This document shows positions 1-8,070 of a stretch of 64,000 nt of DNA, in pieces (position 1 is the stretch's first letter; each line of letters begins with the position of its first letter). Made by a program: the position numbers and the translations under genes. Origin of the DNA: Bacillota bacterium (lineage in GTDB: Bacteria; Bacillota; Clostridia; Christensenellales; Aristaeellaceae). The notes under the pieces are model-generated. The model saw only the letters and a list, made by a program, of their open reading frames with translations, did not search any database and was not told the DNA's origin. The stretch lies in the NCBI GenBank assembly GCA_023404345.1, contig JAEYCB010000025.1, positions 16,221 through 80,220 of the forward strand, written 5' to 3'.

Positions 1-432
1 GAGCTGGATGCAGCTTGCAATGCTGCCAATCAGGAACGAAGCGATGCGCTTGCAGCCTTGAAGGATGTGGAGAGTGCTATCCGTGATAAGAAAGAATTAC
101 AGAGACACGTTCTCCGTTATTTCAAAACCAAGCCGCTGCGGGAGGGATTGAATGCCTGCAAGACGGACAAAGCCTGTCTTGCATATCGCCGAGTACACGA
201 AAGCGAGTTTGTGCTGCTGGATGCAGCCAAGCGTTTCTTTGATGCCAAGGGACTGAAGAAACTGCCCAGCCACAAGGCCTTGCAGCAGGAGATTGAGCAG
301 CTCATTCAGGAGAAGAATCAGCTGTACAACGAGTATCAGGCGGCGAAGCAGCGTGTCAATGAACTGAACACCATCCGCTACAATCTGGAGCAGACGCTGA
401 ATAGTAAGCGCAGCCAGCAGCCGGAGCGCTGA
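1..432 (+). CDS. Relaxase/mobilisation protein, C-terminal part (5' end outside window)
   Basis: Frame 1 is open from base 1 (ELDAACNAANQERSDALAAL precedes the tracked ORF). The helical Lys/Glu/Gln-rich tail (KKLPSHKALQQEIEQLIQEKNQLYNEYQAAKQRV) resembles C-termini of MOB relaxases of Firmicutes mobilisable elements, and the gene context fits. Assigned from memory of the family, not by search. Confidence 0.55.
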   Translation, partial: ELDAACNAANQERSDALAALKDVESAIRDKKELQRHVLRYFKTKPLREGLNACKTDKACLAYRRVHESEFVLLDAAKRFFDAKGLKKLPSHKALQQEIEQLIQEKNQLYNEYQAAKQRVNELNTIRYNLEQTLNSKRSQQPER

Positions 433-446
433 GGGGGTGTCAGAGC

Positions 447-1001
447 ATGACGCTGTTTCAAGCCGTAAAGCAATCCGTCACCACGCGACAGGCTGTAGAG
501 TATTACCAATTGCCAGTCAACCGATCAGGGCTGATCGCCTGCCCCTTTCACAACGACCGCACGCCCAGCATGAAGGTAGACACACGCTTCCATTGCTTCA
601 GATGCAGAGCCGACGGGGATGTGATCGATTTCGTCGCCCGACTCTATCAGTTGGATGCAAAGTCCGCAGCTGAAAAGCTGGCTGCGGATTTTCATATTCC
701 CCACCAAAAAGCAAAACACACGGTAAAAGCCTCACCGGAACAAAACGAGGAACAGCGCTATCACAAGCTGGAAGGACGATGCTTCAGCGTGCTATCGAAT
801 TACTTACATTTGCTCCGCCAATGGGAAGAAAAGTATGCGCCTAAGCCGGAAGACGAAACCTGGCATCCGCTGTTCGTGGAGGCCTTGCAGAAGAAAGACT
901 ATATTGAATATTTGCTGGACGTGCTGCTGAGCGAGGCCATCGCTGAGCGGGCAGTGCTGATCCGGGAATACGGAAGGGAAGTGATGAAACTTGAGCCATG
1001 A
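447..1001 (+). CDS. CHC2 zinc-finger (DnaG-type primase-like) protein
   Basis: CPFHNDRTPSMKV...HCFRCRADGDVIDF is a CHC2 zinc-finger signature. GAGGGGG SD about 9 nt upstream of the ATG. Confidence 0.7.
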   Translation: MTLFQAVKQSVTTRQAVEYYQLPVNRSGLIACPFHNDRTPSMKVDTRFHCFRCRADGDVIDFVARLYQLDAKSAAEKLAADFHIPHQKAKHTVKASPEQNEEQRYHKLEGRCFSVLSNYLHLLRQWEEKYAPKPEDETWHPLFVEALQKKDYIEYLLDVLLSEAIAERAVLIREYGREVMKLEP

Positions 1002-2370
1002 CTATCAGACCTTGCAGCCAGAGCTGCGGGAAAACCTGCAGATGATGGCGGCGGTGCAGCCCTGCCAGACGATGGATGAGGTGCGGGCGCTCCTCGAACT
1101 CAACGACAAGGGTCAGGTGAAGAACACCATGCAGAACGTGTATCTGGTCTTGATGTGTGACCCGGCGCTGCAGGGAGCCATCGCCCACAACCTCCTCACC
1201 GGGCGTATCGACATCTGCAAGCCTCTCTGGTGGTCGCGCACCGTCCCAGCCATGAACGACACGGATTTCAACTACCTCATGCTGTATCTGGAAAAATACT
1301 ACGGGCTGAACAACGAGACCCGCATCCGCAAGGCACTGACGGTGGCGGCGCATGAGAATCAGTATCATCCCATCCGGGATTATCTGAACAGCCAGCAATG
1401 GGATGGCACCGAGCGCATCCCCTATGTGCTGCACCATTTTCTTGGCGCGGGGGTCAGCGACTACACCCGCGAGGTGATGCAGTTGTTCCTCATGGGAGCC
1501 ATCAGCCGCGTGTTCAAACCGGGCTGCAAGTATGAAACCATGCTGTGCCTGGTAGGTGGGCAGGGTGCGGGAAAATCTACCTTCTTCCGCTTTCTGGCCT
1601 GCAGGGATGAATGGTTTTCCGACGATCTGAAGCGCATCGATGATGAGAACGTATTCCGCAAGATGCAGGGGCACTGGATCATCGAAATGTCGGAGATGAT
1701 CGCCACGGCCAACGCCAAGAGCATCGAGGACATCAAGTCCTTCCTCAGCCGCCAGAAGGAAACCTACAAGGTGCCCTACGCCACAGAACCAGAGGACAGG
1801 CTGCGGCAATGCGTGTTCGGCGGCACGTCCAACACGCTGGATTTCTTGCCCCTTGACCGCAGCGGCAACCGAAGGTTCCTGCCGGTGATGGTGCATCCGG
1901 AGCAGGCAGAGGTACATATTTTAGAGGACGAATCCGCTTCCCGACAGTACATCGACCAACTATGGGCCGAGGCCATGATCCTCTACCGGTGCGGCAAAGT
2001 GTCTCTGCGGCTGCCTGCGGAGATGACCGCTCAGCTTGTACAGAAGCAAAAGGAGTTCATGCCGGAGGATACCAAGGTGGGCCAGATCCAGGCGTTCCTG
2101 GATAGCTACGATGGCGATATGGTCTGCTCCAAGCTGCTGCACCATGAAGCGCTGGAGCGTTTTGAGGAGCCAAAAGCATGGGAAATCCGCGAGATCAATG
2201 AGATTATGAACCAGTCCGTCACCGGCTGGATAGCCTATCCCCATCCTCGGAGCTACCGCAAGTATGGCAAGCAGCGGGGTTGGATGCGTGGCAACAAAGA
2301 ACCTGATACGCGGGAAGGATTCCATGTGCTGACGCCGGAAGAATACCAACAGATCGGTATGCCGTTCTGA
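991..2370 (+). CDS. VirE/VapE-family P-loop protein (primase-associated)
   Basis: 459 aa with Walker A GGQGAGKST. Overall layout resembles virulence-associated protein E of phage/ICE replication modules. The start overlaps the end of the CHC2 gene. Confidence 0.8.
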   Translation: MSHDYQTLQPELRENLQMMAAVQPCQTMDEVRALLELNDKGQVKNTMQNVYLVLMCDPALQGAIAHNLLTGRIDICKPLWWSRTVPAMNDTDFNYLMLYLEKYYGLNNETRIRKALTVAAHENQYHPIRDYLNSQQWDGTERIPYVLHHFLGAGVSDYTREVMQLFLMGAISRVFKPGCKYETMLCLVGGQGAGKSTFFRFLACRDEWFSDDLKRIDDENVFRKMQGHWIIEMSEMIATANAKSIEDIKSFLSRQKETYKVPYATEPEDRLRQCVFGGTSNTLDFLPLDRSGNRRFLPVMVHPEQAEVHILEDESASRQYIDQLWAEAMILYRCGKVSLRLPAEMTAQLVQKQKEFMPEDTKVGQIQAFLDSYDGDMVCSKLLHHEALERFEEPKAWEIREINEIMNQSVTGWIAYPHPRSYRKYGKQRGWMRGNKEPDTREGFHVLTPEEYQQIGMPF

Positions 2371-2607
2371 GCTGGGGCATCCGTTGCCCGGTTGGATTCC
2401 GGCCTGTTGCTGTCTTGGTTGCCCGGGAAAGCCTTGATTTACAAGGCGATTTTCTCCCTGGAAACCAAAGCAACAGAAAAAACGAAAAAGTATCAAATAG
2501 CAAATCACAACCGCGAAGGACGACGCAGCGGTTTGTTGGCATCGGTTGCCGGTTTCCGTTGCCGCGCCTTCATGGCAGAAAAAAACATCAAAACAGGAGG
2601 ATACGCT

Positions 2608-2805
2608 ATGGCAAAAGAAGTCCCCATTTGGCAGAAAAGCAATCTGACATTAGAGGAGGCTGCCGCCTATTCCGGCATTGGCATGGGCAAGCTGCGGGAG
2701 CTGACCAACGAGAAGAACTGCCATTTCGTTCTGTGGGTCGGCAACAAGCGGCTGATCAAGAAGCGGCTCTTCGACCAGTATATTGAGCAGACGTATTCGA
2801 TTTGA
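2608..2805 (+). CDS. Excisionase-type helix-turn-helix DNA-binding protein (Xis-like)
   Basis: 65 aa (MAKEVPIWQKSNLTLEEAAAYSGIGMGKLRELT...) with an HTH. AGGAGG SD 7 nt upstream of ATG 2608. Lies upstream of the integrase. The longer tracked ORF (from 2392) has no SD. Confidence 0.6.
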   Translation: MAKEVPIWQKSNLTLEEAAAYSGIGMGKLRELTNEKNCHFVLWVGNKRLIKKRLFDQYIEQTYSI

Positions 2806-3596
2806 TCAAGCAGCATTCACCAGGCCCGATGTTGTTAAAATGCTGTATTGGTGCTATACTGAAATCAACTATATGGCAAAAGGCTTGGCAGATCATTTCC
2901 TCTTCCGGAGATTGGAGCGGCAATGTGTATGACTTCTATTTCCGCGTTTATAACAAACTGACACAGGATATCAAGGTGCCTTTCAAAATGGAGGGCGGTA
3001 CGCGGATGGATGATACCTCTGTGCATCAGGCTCTGCGCGAGGCGCTGGCGAACTGTCTGGTCAATGCTGACTATTATGGGCGGCAGGGGCTGGTCATTAT
3101 CAAAAGGCGTGATGCGATCACGATGGCCAATCCCGGCAGCTTCCGCATCGAGATCGATGCAGCAAAAAGCGGCGGCGTATCCGATCCCCGCAATGGCGCT
3201 ATGCTGAAGATGTTCAACCTGATCGATATTGGCGAGCGTGCGGGCAGCGGCATCCCCAACATCTTCCGGGTGTGGCGTGAACAGGGATGGAGTGCACCGG
3301 TGATCTCCGAAAGCTTCGATCCAGATCGGATTATGTTATCGCTTGTATTTGGGAAAATCGGCGACAAAAAATCGGCGACAAAAATCGGTAATAAAAAATC
3401 GGCGATAAACGCAAAAACAAAAGAGAGCATCATTGCTTGTCTGACGGATTATGCCGAAGCAAAGGCATCTGTTATTGCGGAGTGTATTGGCTTAAAGCCT
3501 TCCCGCACAAGGGATTATCTGAATGAATTGATCGCTGAGGGAATCGTAGTCGCCGAGGGCGGCAACAAAAATCGCGTATACAGGCTGAAAGCATGA
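2802..3596 (+). pseudogene. C-terminal fragment of an AlbA_2/HATPase_c_4-type ATP-binding putative regulator with C-terminal winged HTH
   Basis: GNVYDFYFRVYNKLTQDIKVPFKMEGGTRMDDTSVHQALREALANCLVNADY...SGIPNIFRVWREQGW matches the middle and C-terminal parts of this family. The N-terminal AlbA_2 domain (roughly 200 aa) is absent. The frame opens only at a TTG overlapping the xis stop. Confidence 0.5.
3354..3410 (+). repeat. Four tandem 13-14 nt units ATCGG(C/T)(G/A)A(C/T)AAAA inside the fragment above (encodes IGDKKSATKIGNKKSAI)
   Basis: Read directly: atcggcgacaaaa / atcggcgacaaaa / atcggtaataaaaa / atcggcgataaac. Confidence 0.85.
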
Positions 3597-3753
3597 TTTC
3601 AGTGTCGACCTTCCGGGCGGTGGCCGCTATGGAAGGTCGTGTTCAAACCTATTCCATCTGACAAAGTAACAATCTGTATAGAAAAAAGGACGTCGGTGTG
3701 ATATGATAAATGCGTCACACCGACGTTCCTTTCGTCTTGAGAGGAGTTCGGAT

Positions 3754-4962
3754 ATGAGTCAAAAACGCAAAGACCACAAGGGCCGTATCCTGAAGGAGGG
3801 AGAAAGCCAGCGAAAGGATTTGATCTACCAGTACCGCTATACTGATGGCAAAGGGGTGCGCCGCACCATCTACGATGCCGATTTGCAGGAGCTTCGCCAA
3901 AAGGCCCGGCAGATTCAGGCAGAACTGAATGACGGCATCGACTACGAGGCCGGACAGATCACAGTGATGGAGCTGCTGCGGAAGTATGTCGCTCTCAAGC
4001 AGGGCGTGCGCCACAACACCAAGGTAGGCTATAGCTTCGTGCTGAATCTGGTGGCAAAGGAGGACTTCGGCAATCGGAAAATCAGCAGCATCAAGGTAAG
4101 CGATGCCAAGCTCTGGTTCATGAAGCTGCACAGGGATGGTCGAGGCTACAGCACCATCACCACTGTTCGGGGTGTGGTGAAGCCCGCGTTCCAGATGGCC
4201 TGCGACGAGGACGCCATTCGCAAGAATCCGTTCATCTTCAAGCTGACCGACGTGGTGCCCAACGATTCCGAGAAGCGGATCGCCCTGACGGAAGAGCAGC
4301 TGAATACATGGATGACCTTCATCCGCGAGGACAGCACCTATTCCAAGTATTACGACGAGTTCGTTGTTCTGTTGGAAACGGGGATGCGCGTCAGCGAGTT
4401 CTGCGGCCTGACGAAGAAGGATCTGGACTTCAAGAATCGCCGGATTCGGGTGGATCATCAGCTGCTGCGGGAACGCTCCGGCAGATACCATGTGTAGGAA
4501 ACCAAAACTGTCAGCGGTCGCCGGTACATCCCGATGACGGATGCTGTGTACGCGAGTCTGCAAAACATGCTGGCACGCCGCCCCAAAGTGAAAAATGAGC
4601 CGGTGGTGGATGGCCTCAGTGGGTTCATCATGCTGGACAAGAACGGCAATCCCAAGGTGGCGCTCCACATTGAGAATGAGATGCGCTGGGCGATGAAGAA
4701 GTATGAAAAGCTTCACCCGGACAAGCCCCTGCCTCACATCACGCCCCATGTGTTCCGTCACACCTTCTGCACCACTTTCGCCAACGCGGGCATGGATATC
4801 AAGAATCTGCAATACCTGATGGGCCACTCCGATGCCGGTGTTACGCTGAACGTGTACACCCACGCCAGCTATCAGCACGCCGCAGATCAGATGGTACAGA
4901 TCAAAGACTTTCAGGCGGCAAGAACCGCCCGGATTGCAGCAGATATGTCTGCCGTATCTTAA
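3754..4962 (+). pseudogene. int: Tyrosine recombinase/integrase (Tn916-Int-like, with N-terminal arm-binding domain) interrupted by an in-frame TAG at 4495-4497
   Basis: ORFs 3703-4497 and 4534-4962 are in the same frame: ...RSGRYHV*ETKTVSGRRYIPMTDAVY... Catalytic blocks are present: LLETGMRVSEFCGL (Arg), HVFRHTFCT (HxxR), LMGHSDAGVTLNVYTH (His..Tyr). GAGAGGAG SD before ATG 3754. Confidence 0.8.
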
Positions 4963-4967
4963 GCATT

Positions 4968-4989
4968 TTACTACACCATTACTACACCA
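4968..4989 (+). repeat. Perfect tandem 11-mer TTACTACACCA x2 just after the integrase stop (possible integrase arm/att-proximal site)
   Basis: Read directly. The functional role is inferred. Confidence 0.5.
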
Positions 4990-5107
4990 ATTGCTGGTGC
5001 AGCAGCGTGGATTTATGTAGATTTATGGCAAAATGCCAGAAATCCACAAATCCTGCAAACCCTTGATTTGCAAGGGTTTCAGAGACTTTTGGAGGCTTGT
5101 GGAAACC

Positions 5108-5581
5108 ATGATCAAAGTGCTTTTCATCTGTCACGGCAATATCTGCCGCAGTCCCATGGCAGAATTTGTTATGCGCGATCTGCTTGAGAAACAGGGTATC
5201 CATGACATTGAAACCGCCTCCGCCGCAACCAGCAGCGAGGAAATCGGAAATCCAGTCCATCCCGGCACGCGCCGTAAATTGGCCGAGCACGGCATCCGTT
5301 GTGATGGAAAGACCGCCCGTCGCCTCACCCGTGCTGATTATGCCCATTATGACCTAATCATAGGCATGGACGCATATAATCTTCGCAACATGCAAACCCT
5401 TTTCGGGGGCGATCCAGATCATAAACTGCACAAGCTGCTGTCTTTCTGCGGAGAAGGCGGCGATGTGGCCGACCCTTGGTATACGGGTGATTTCGAACAA
5501 ACCTGGCAAGATATTTCGCGCGGCTGTCAAGCCCTAATGGATCACCTCACCACCAAAACGGACAGGAGGCTACATTTGTGA
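5108..5581 (+). CDS. Low-molecular-weight protein-tyrosine phosphatase
   Basis: MIKVLFICHGNICRSPMAEF carries the CX5R(S) P-loop, and DPWY supplies the acid loop. Size about 157 aa. Confidence 0.85.
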   Translation: MIKVLFICHGNICRSPMAEFVMRDLLEKQGIHDIETASAATSSEEIGNPVHPGTRRKLAEHGIRCDGKTARRLTRADYAHYDLIIGMDAYNLRNMQTLFGGDPDHKLHKLLSFCGEGGDVADPWYTGDFEQTWQDISRGCQALMDHLTTKTDRRLHL

Positions 5582-5949
5582 GCAAGACGGATCTGCAGCG
5601 GGATATCCGCGCTCTGTACCAGGACGCCGACACCGGTCTTGGCCTGCCCGCCCTGATGGACGGCGTATGCGCCGCACTGGCCCGCCATCCAGATGCGCTC
5701 AAAAGCATAAACGGCCGCTATTCCATCTGTGCTGCGGACACTGGATTTACATGCGCCTTTGCGCTGAATGGCGGCGTTTTCAGTGTCCTTGCACCCAAGG
5801 AGCCTGTAGACGTGTCGGTCAGCGGACGGGAACGGGATTTGCTTGCCGTTTTTCGCCGCGAGCTCTCGCCTCTGACCGCACTGTTGTGCGGTAAGGTACG
5901 GGTGCATGGGGATAAAGCAGCGCTGATGCGTTTTGCTGAATTTCTGTAA
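5578..5949 (+). CDS. SCP2 (sterol-carrier-like) domain protein
   Basis: C-terminal LLCGKVRVHGDKAALMRFAEFL is typical of SCP2 domains. The GTG start overlaps the PTP stop (GTGA). Confidence 0.55.
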   Translation: MSKTDLQRDIRALYQDADTGLGLPALMDGVCAALARHPDALKSINGRYSICAADTGFTCAFALNGGVFSVLAPKEPVDVSVSGRERDLLAVFRRELSPLTALLCGKVRVHGDKAALMRFAEFL

Positions 5950-5986
5950 GCCTCTCCACCGATATCCTGATTTCCGTCCCTATCCA

Positions 5987-6016
5987 TTGACACCCCGGGC
6001 CAAGGATTGTTATAAT
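5987..6016 (+). promoter_or_regulatory. Sigma-70/SigA-type promoter TTGACA-18-TATAAT
   Basis: TTGACA at 5987-5992 and TATAAT at 6011-6016, about 50 nt upstream of the 6064 start. Confidence 0.6.
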
Positions 6017-6063
6017 AGGCTGCTTTCCAAGCAGTATTTTCAATAGATTGGGAGGGACAACAA

Positions 6064-7773
6064 ATGCATCTGTGGAAGAAAGCCTTTGGTATCCTGTGCG
6101 CATGCGTCCTGATGACGTCCTGCGCTAGCGCGTTTGCAGACGACTATACTGCCTCTGCCCCCGGCATGGGCGGCGACATTCCCGTGACCGTCAGCTATGA
6201 GGACGGCCGCATCACAGCTGTTACTGTGGGCGAAAACAAGGAAACCCCCGGCATCGGCGACAAGGCGGTGGAGACCATTCCCGCCCGCATCGTGGAGGAG
6301 CAAAGCCTGATGGTGGACACCGTGGCCGGCGCCACCATCACCAGCGAAGCCATCCTGGCGGCGGTGGAAGCTGCTCTCACCGACGGTGGCGTGGACGTAA
6401 CCCCCTTCAAGCAGGAAAAGGAAACCACTGAGCTTGCGGAGGGCGAGGCCGTAGAAACCGATATCGTCATCGTTGGCGCAGGCATTTCTGGCCTTATGGC
6501 GGCCTATGAGCTCAAGGAGGACTATCCGGACGTCAACTTCATTGTGCTGGAAAAGCTGGATATGGTCAGCGGTTCTCTGCCGGCTTCCGGTGGTGCCATT
6601 GCCGGCATCAGCTCGGAATACCATGTGCGCGACGGTGTGGAGTGCACCACGGAAGACTTTGACACGTTGTTCACCTACACCTCCGGCACCCAGGTCCGCA
6701 CCGAGCTGGTGGAAAATGTCTATGCCAAGAGCGATGTGCTCCTTAACCGCCTGATTGCCTATGGTACTCCCTTTACCGGAGAAACCGAGGCCACCAGCAC
6801 CTATTCGGACAAGGTATATGCCATTCGTACTGAAAATCGCGGCCAGAGTTTCGGCGATTTCCTCAACAGCTACGTAAAGGAAAATACCTTTGACCTGCGT
6901 ATGGGCACCACTGCCACCGAGCTGATCGTGGAAGACGGCAAGGTGACGGGCGTGGTGGCTGAAGATCGTGAGCAGCGCTACGACATCCATGCCAAAGCGG
7001 TCATTCTGGCCACCGGCGGTTTTGGCAGCAACCCTGAACTGATGGAAGAATATCTGCCCCTGTTCGCTGACGGCGTGCTTTCCACAAATGCGGGCGCCAC
7101 GGGCGATGGTATCCTGATGACCCGTCAGTTCGGCACCAAGATTGTGGGCGACGGCAGCATGGGTTCCATCGTCGCGCCGGACGGCTCCAACCTGATCACC
7201 GCTAACTTCCTGGTCAACCTCAACGGCGAACGCTTCGTGGGCGAAGGCGAACCCAAGTATGTGGTGCAGCGCGCTGTGTCTCAGCAGCCCGAGAAAGCCG
7301 CTTTCCTGATTGCAGACGCCAACTACGCCGACATGGACACCATTGCCCAGAAGATCGAAAAGGGCTATGTGAAGCAATACGATACCATCGAAGCGCTTGC
7401 TGAGGACAACGGCATTGACGCCGAGCAGCTTCAGAAGACCATTGATGCGTATAATCAGGCTGCCGACGCGGGCGAGGCAATTCCTGCCCTTGAGTACGAG
7501 CTGGCTGCCGATAAGGCCACCAAGGTGGAAACCGCACCTTTCTACATTGAAAAGGTCACCCTGCGTACCTTCGGCACCATTCCCGGTATTGAGGTCAACG
7601 ACAACTGCCAGGTGCTCGATGGTGAGGGCCAGGTGGTTGAAGGCCTGTATGCTTCCGGCGAACTGATCGCAGGCAATGCCTTTACCCGCCAGTACCCTGG
7701 TGTGGGCATTGGCGTGTCCTTTGCCGCCAACAGCGGCCGCTTTGCTGCTGAAACTGCGGCTAATGGCCTGTAA
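6064..7773 (+). CDS. Exported (possibly lipoprotein) FMN_bind-domain / FAD-dependent reductase of the fumarate- or urocanate-reductase flavoprotein type
   Basis: Signal peptide MHLWKKAFGILCACVLMTSCASAF. FMN_bind domain with flavinylation motif DTVAGATITS. FAD Rossmann motif DIVIVGAGISGLMAA, and the C-terminal GLYASGE block of FAD_binding_2 reductases. Confidence 0.8.
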   Translation: MHLWKKAFGILCACVLMTSCASAFADDYTASAPGMGGDIPVTVSYEDGRITAVTVGENKETPGIGDKAVETIPARIVEEQSLMVDTVAGATITSEAILAAVEAALTDGGVDVTPFKQEKETTELAEGEAVETDIVIVGAGISGLMAAYELKEDYPDVNFIVLEKLDMVSGSLPASGGAIAGISSEYHVRDGVECTTEDFDTLFTYTSGTQVRTELVENVYAKSDVLLNRLIAYGTPFTGETEATSTYSDKVYAIRTENRGQSFGDFLNSYVKENTFDLRMGTTATELIVEDGKVTGVVAEDREQRYDIHAKAVILATGGFGSNPELMEEYLPLFADGVLSTNAGATGDGILMTRQFGTKIVGDGSMGSIVAPDGSNLITANFLVNLNGERFVGEGEPKYVVQRAVSQQPEKAAFLIADANYADMDTIAQKIEKGYVKQYDTIEALAEDNGIDAEQLQKTIDAYNQAADAGEAIPALEYELAADKATKVETAPFYIEKVTLRTFGTIPGIEVNDNCQVLDGEGQVVEGLYASGELIAGNAFTRQYPGVGIGVSFAANSGRFAAETAANGL

Positions 7774-7796
7774 TCGAAACACAATTGGAATTTCGG

Positions 7797-7835
7797 GGGC
7801 GGGATATGCAAAGCATATCCCGCCCTTTGCGTTTT
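7797..7835 (+). terminator. Rho-independent terminator
   Basis: GGGCGGGATATGC-AAA-GCATATCCCGCCC followed by TTTGCGTTTT. Confidence 0.8.
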
Positions 7836-8016
7836 CATATATGCTCTTTAAACGAGTAAGAAATGTCAATCGCTCTTGCTCTACGCTTAAACAAGGTGAC
7901 GAGTTTTCCATCTTTGCATTGTTATCAGTGAGCAGAATCTTTGTGTTTCGTGCTTTATACAACAGCCACGATCAATCAAGAAACACATTGCGGCAAGCTC
8001 CATAATGATTTTACAT

Positions 8017-8050
8017 ATTAAAACAACGGAGGGAATGTTCCTCCGCTGTT
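8017..8050 (-). terminator. Rho-independent terminator of the surface-protein gene
   Basis: Minus strand: ACAGCGGAGG-AACATTC-CCTCCGTTGT followed by TTTTAATATG. Confidence 0.7.
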
Positions 8051-8070
8051 ATTTTATCCGTTCGTCTTTA

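Larger units (their letters stand above)
1..4989 (+). mobile_element. Right-hand portion of an integrative mobilisable element (relaxase tail, primase-like, VirE, Xis, cargo remnant, integrase); left end lies outside the window
   Basis: Co-directional MOB/primase/VirE/excisionase/tyrosine-integrase module typical of Firmicutes IMEs. The integrase is the last gene and is followed by a tandem 11-mer (4968-4989) before housekeeping genes begin at 5108. The right boundary is approximate. No att repeat could be verified because the other end is not in the window. Confidence 0.6.

Noticed and set aside
841-1917. 358-aa ORF antisense to the VirE gene
   Set aside because: It lies entirely within a well-supported plus-strand gene. 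It has an Arg/Gly/His-rich low-complexity composition typical of antisense frames in GC-rich DNA, and no SD.
4495-4497. Reading the in-frame TAG of the integrase as pyrrolysine or programmed read-through
   Set aside because: No pyl genes or PYLIS-like context are visible, and other genes in the window use TAG as an ordinary stop. A nonsense mutation or sequencing error is the simpler explanation.
3715-4878. 387-aa ORF antisense to the integrase
   Set aside because: Same reasoning as above. The sense strand carries clear integrase motifs, and the antisense product has no recognisable motifs.
5040-5075. Shared short words (AATCCTGCAAA, TCCACAAA, TTGCAAG) between the spacer after the IME integrase and the spacer after the integrase fragment at 50341-50396
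   Set aside because: The words occur in a different order, and the two integrases are not similar to each other. I could not build a collinear alignment, so I do not claim a common att site. The 11-mer match may still merit a computed comparison.
6040-7962. 640-aa ORF antisense to the FMN_bind-FAD reductase
   Set aside because: The sense strand has a signal peptide, FMN_bind and FAD motifs. The antisense frame is a GC-rich artefact.
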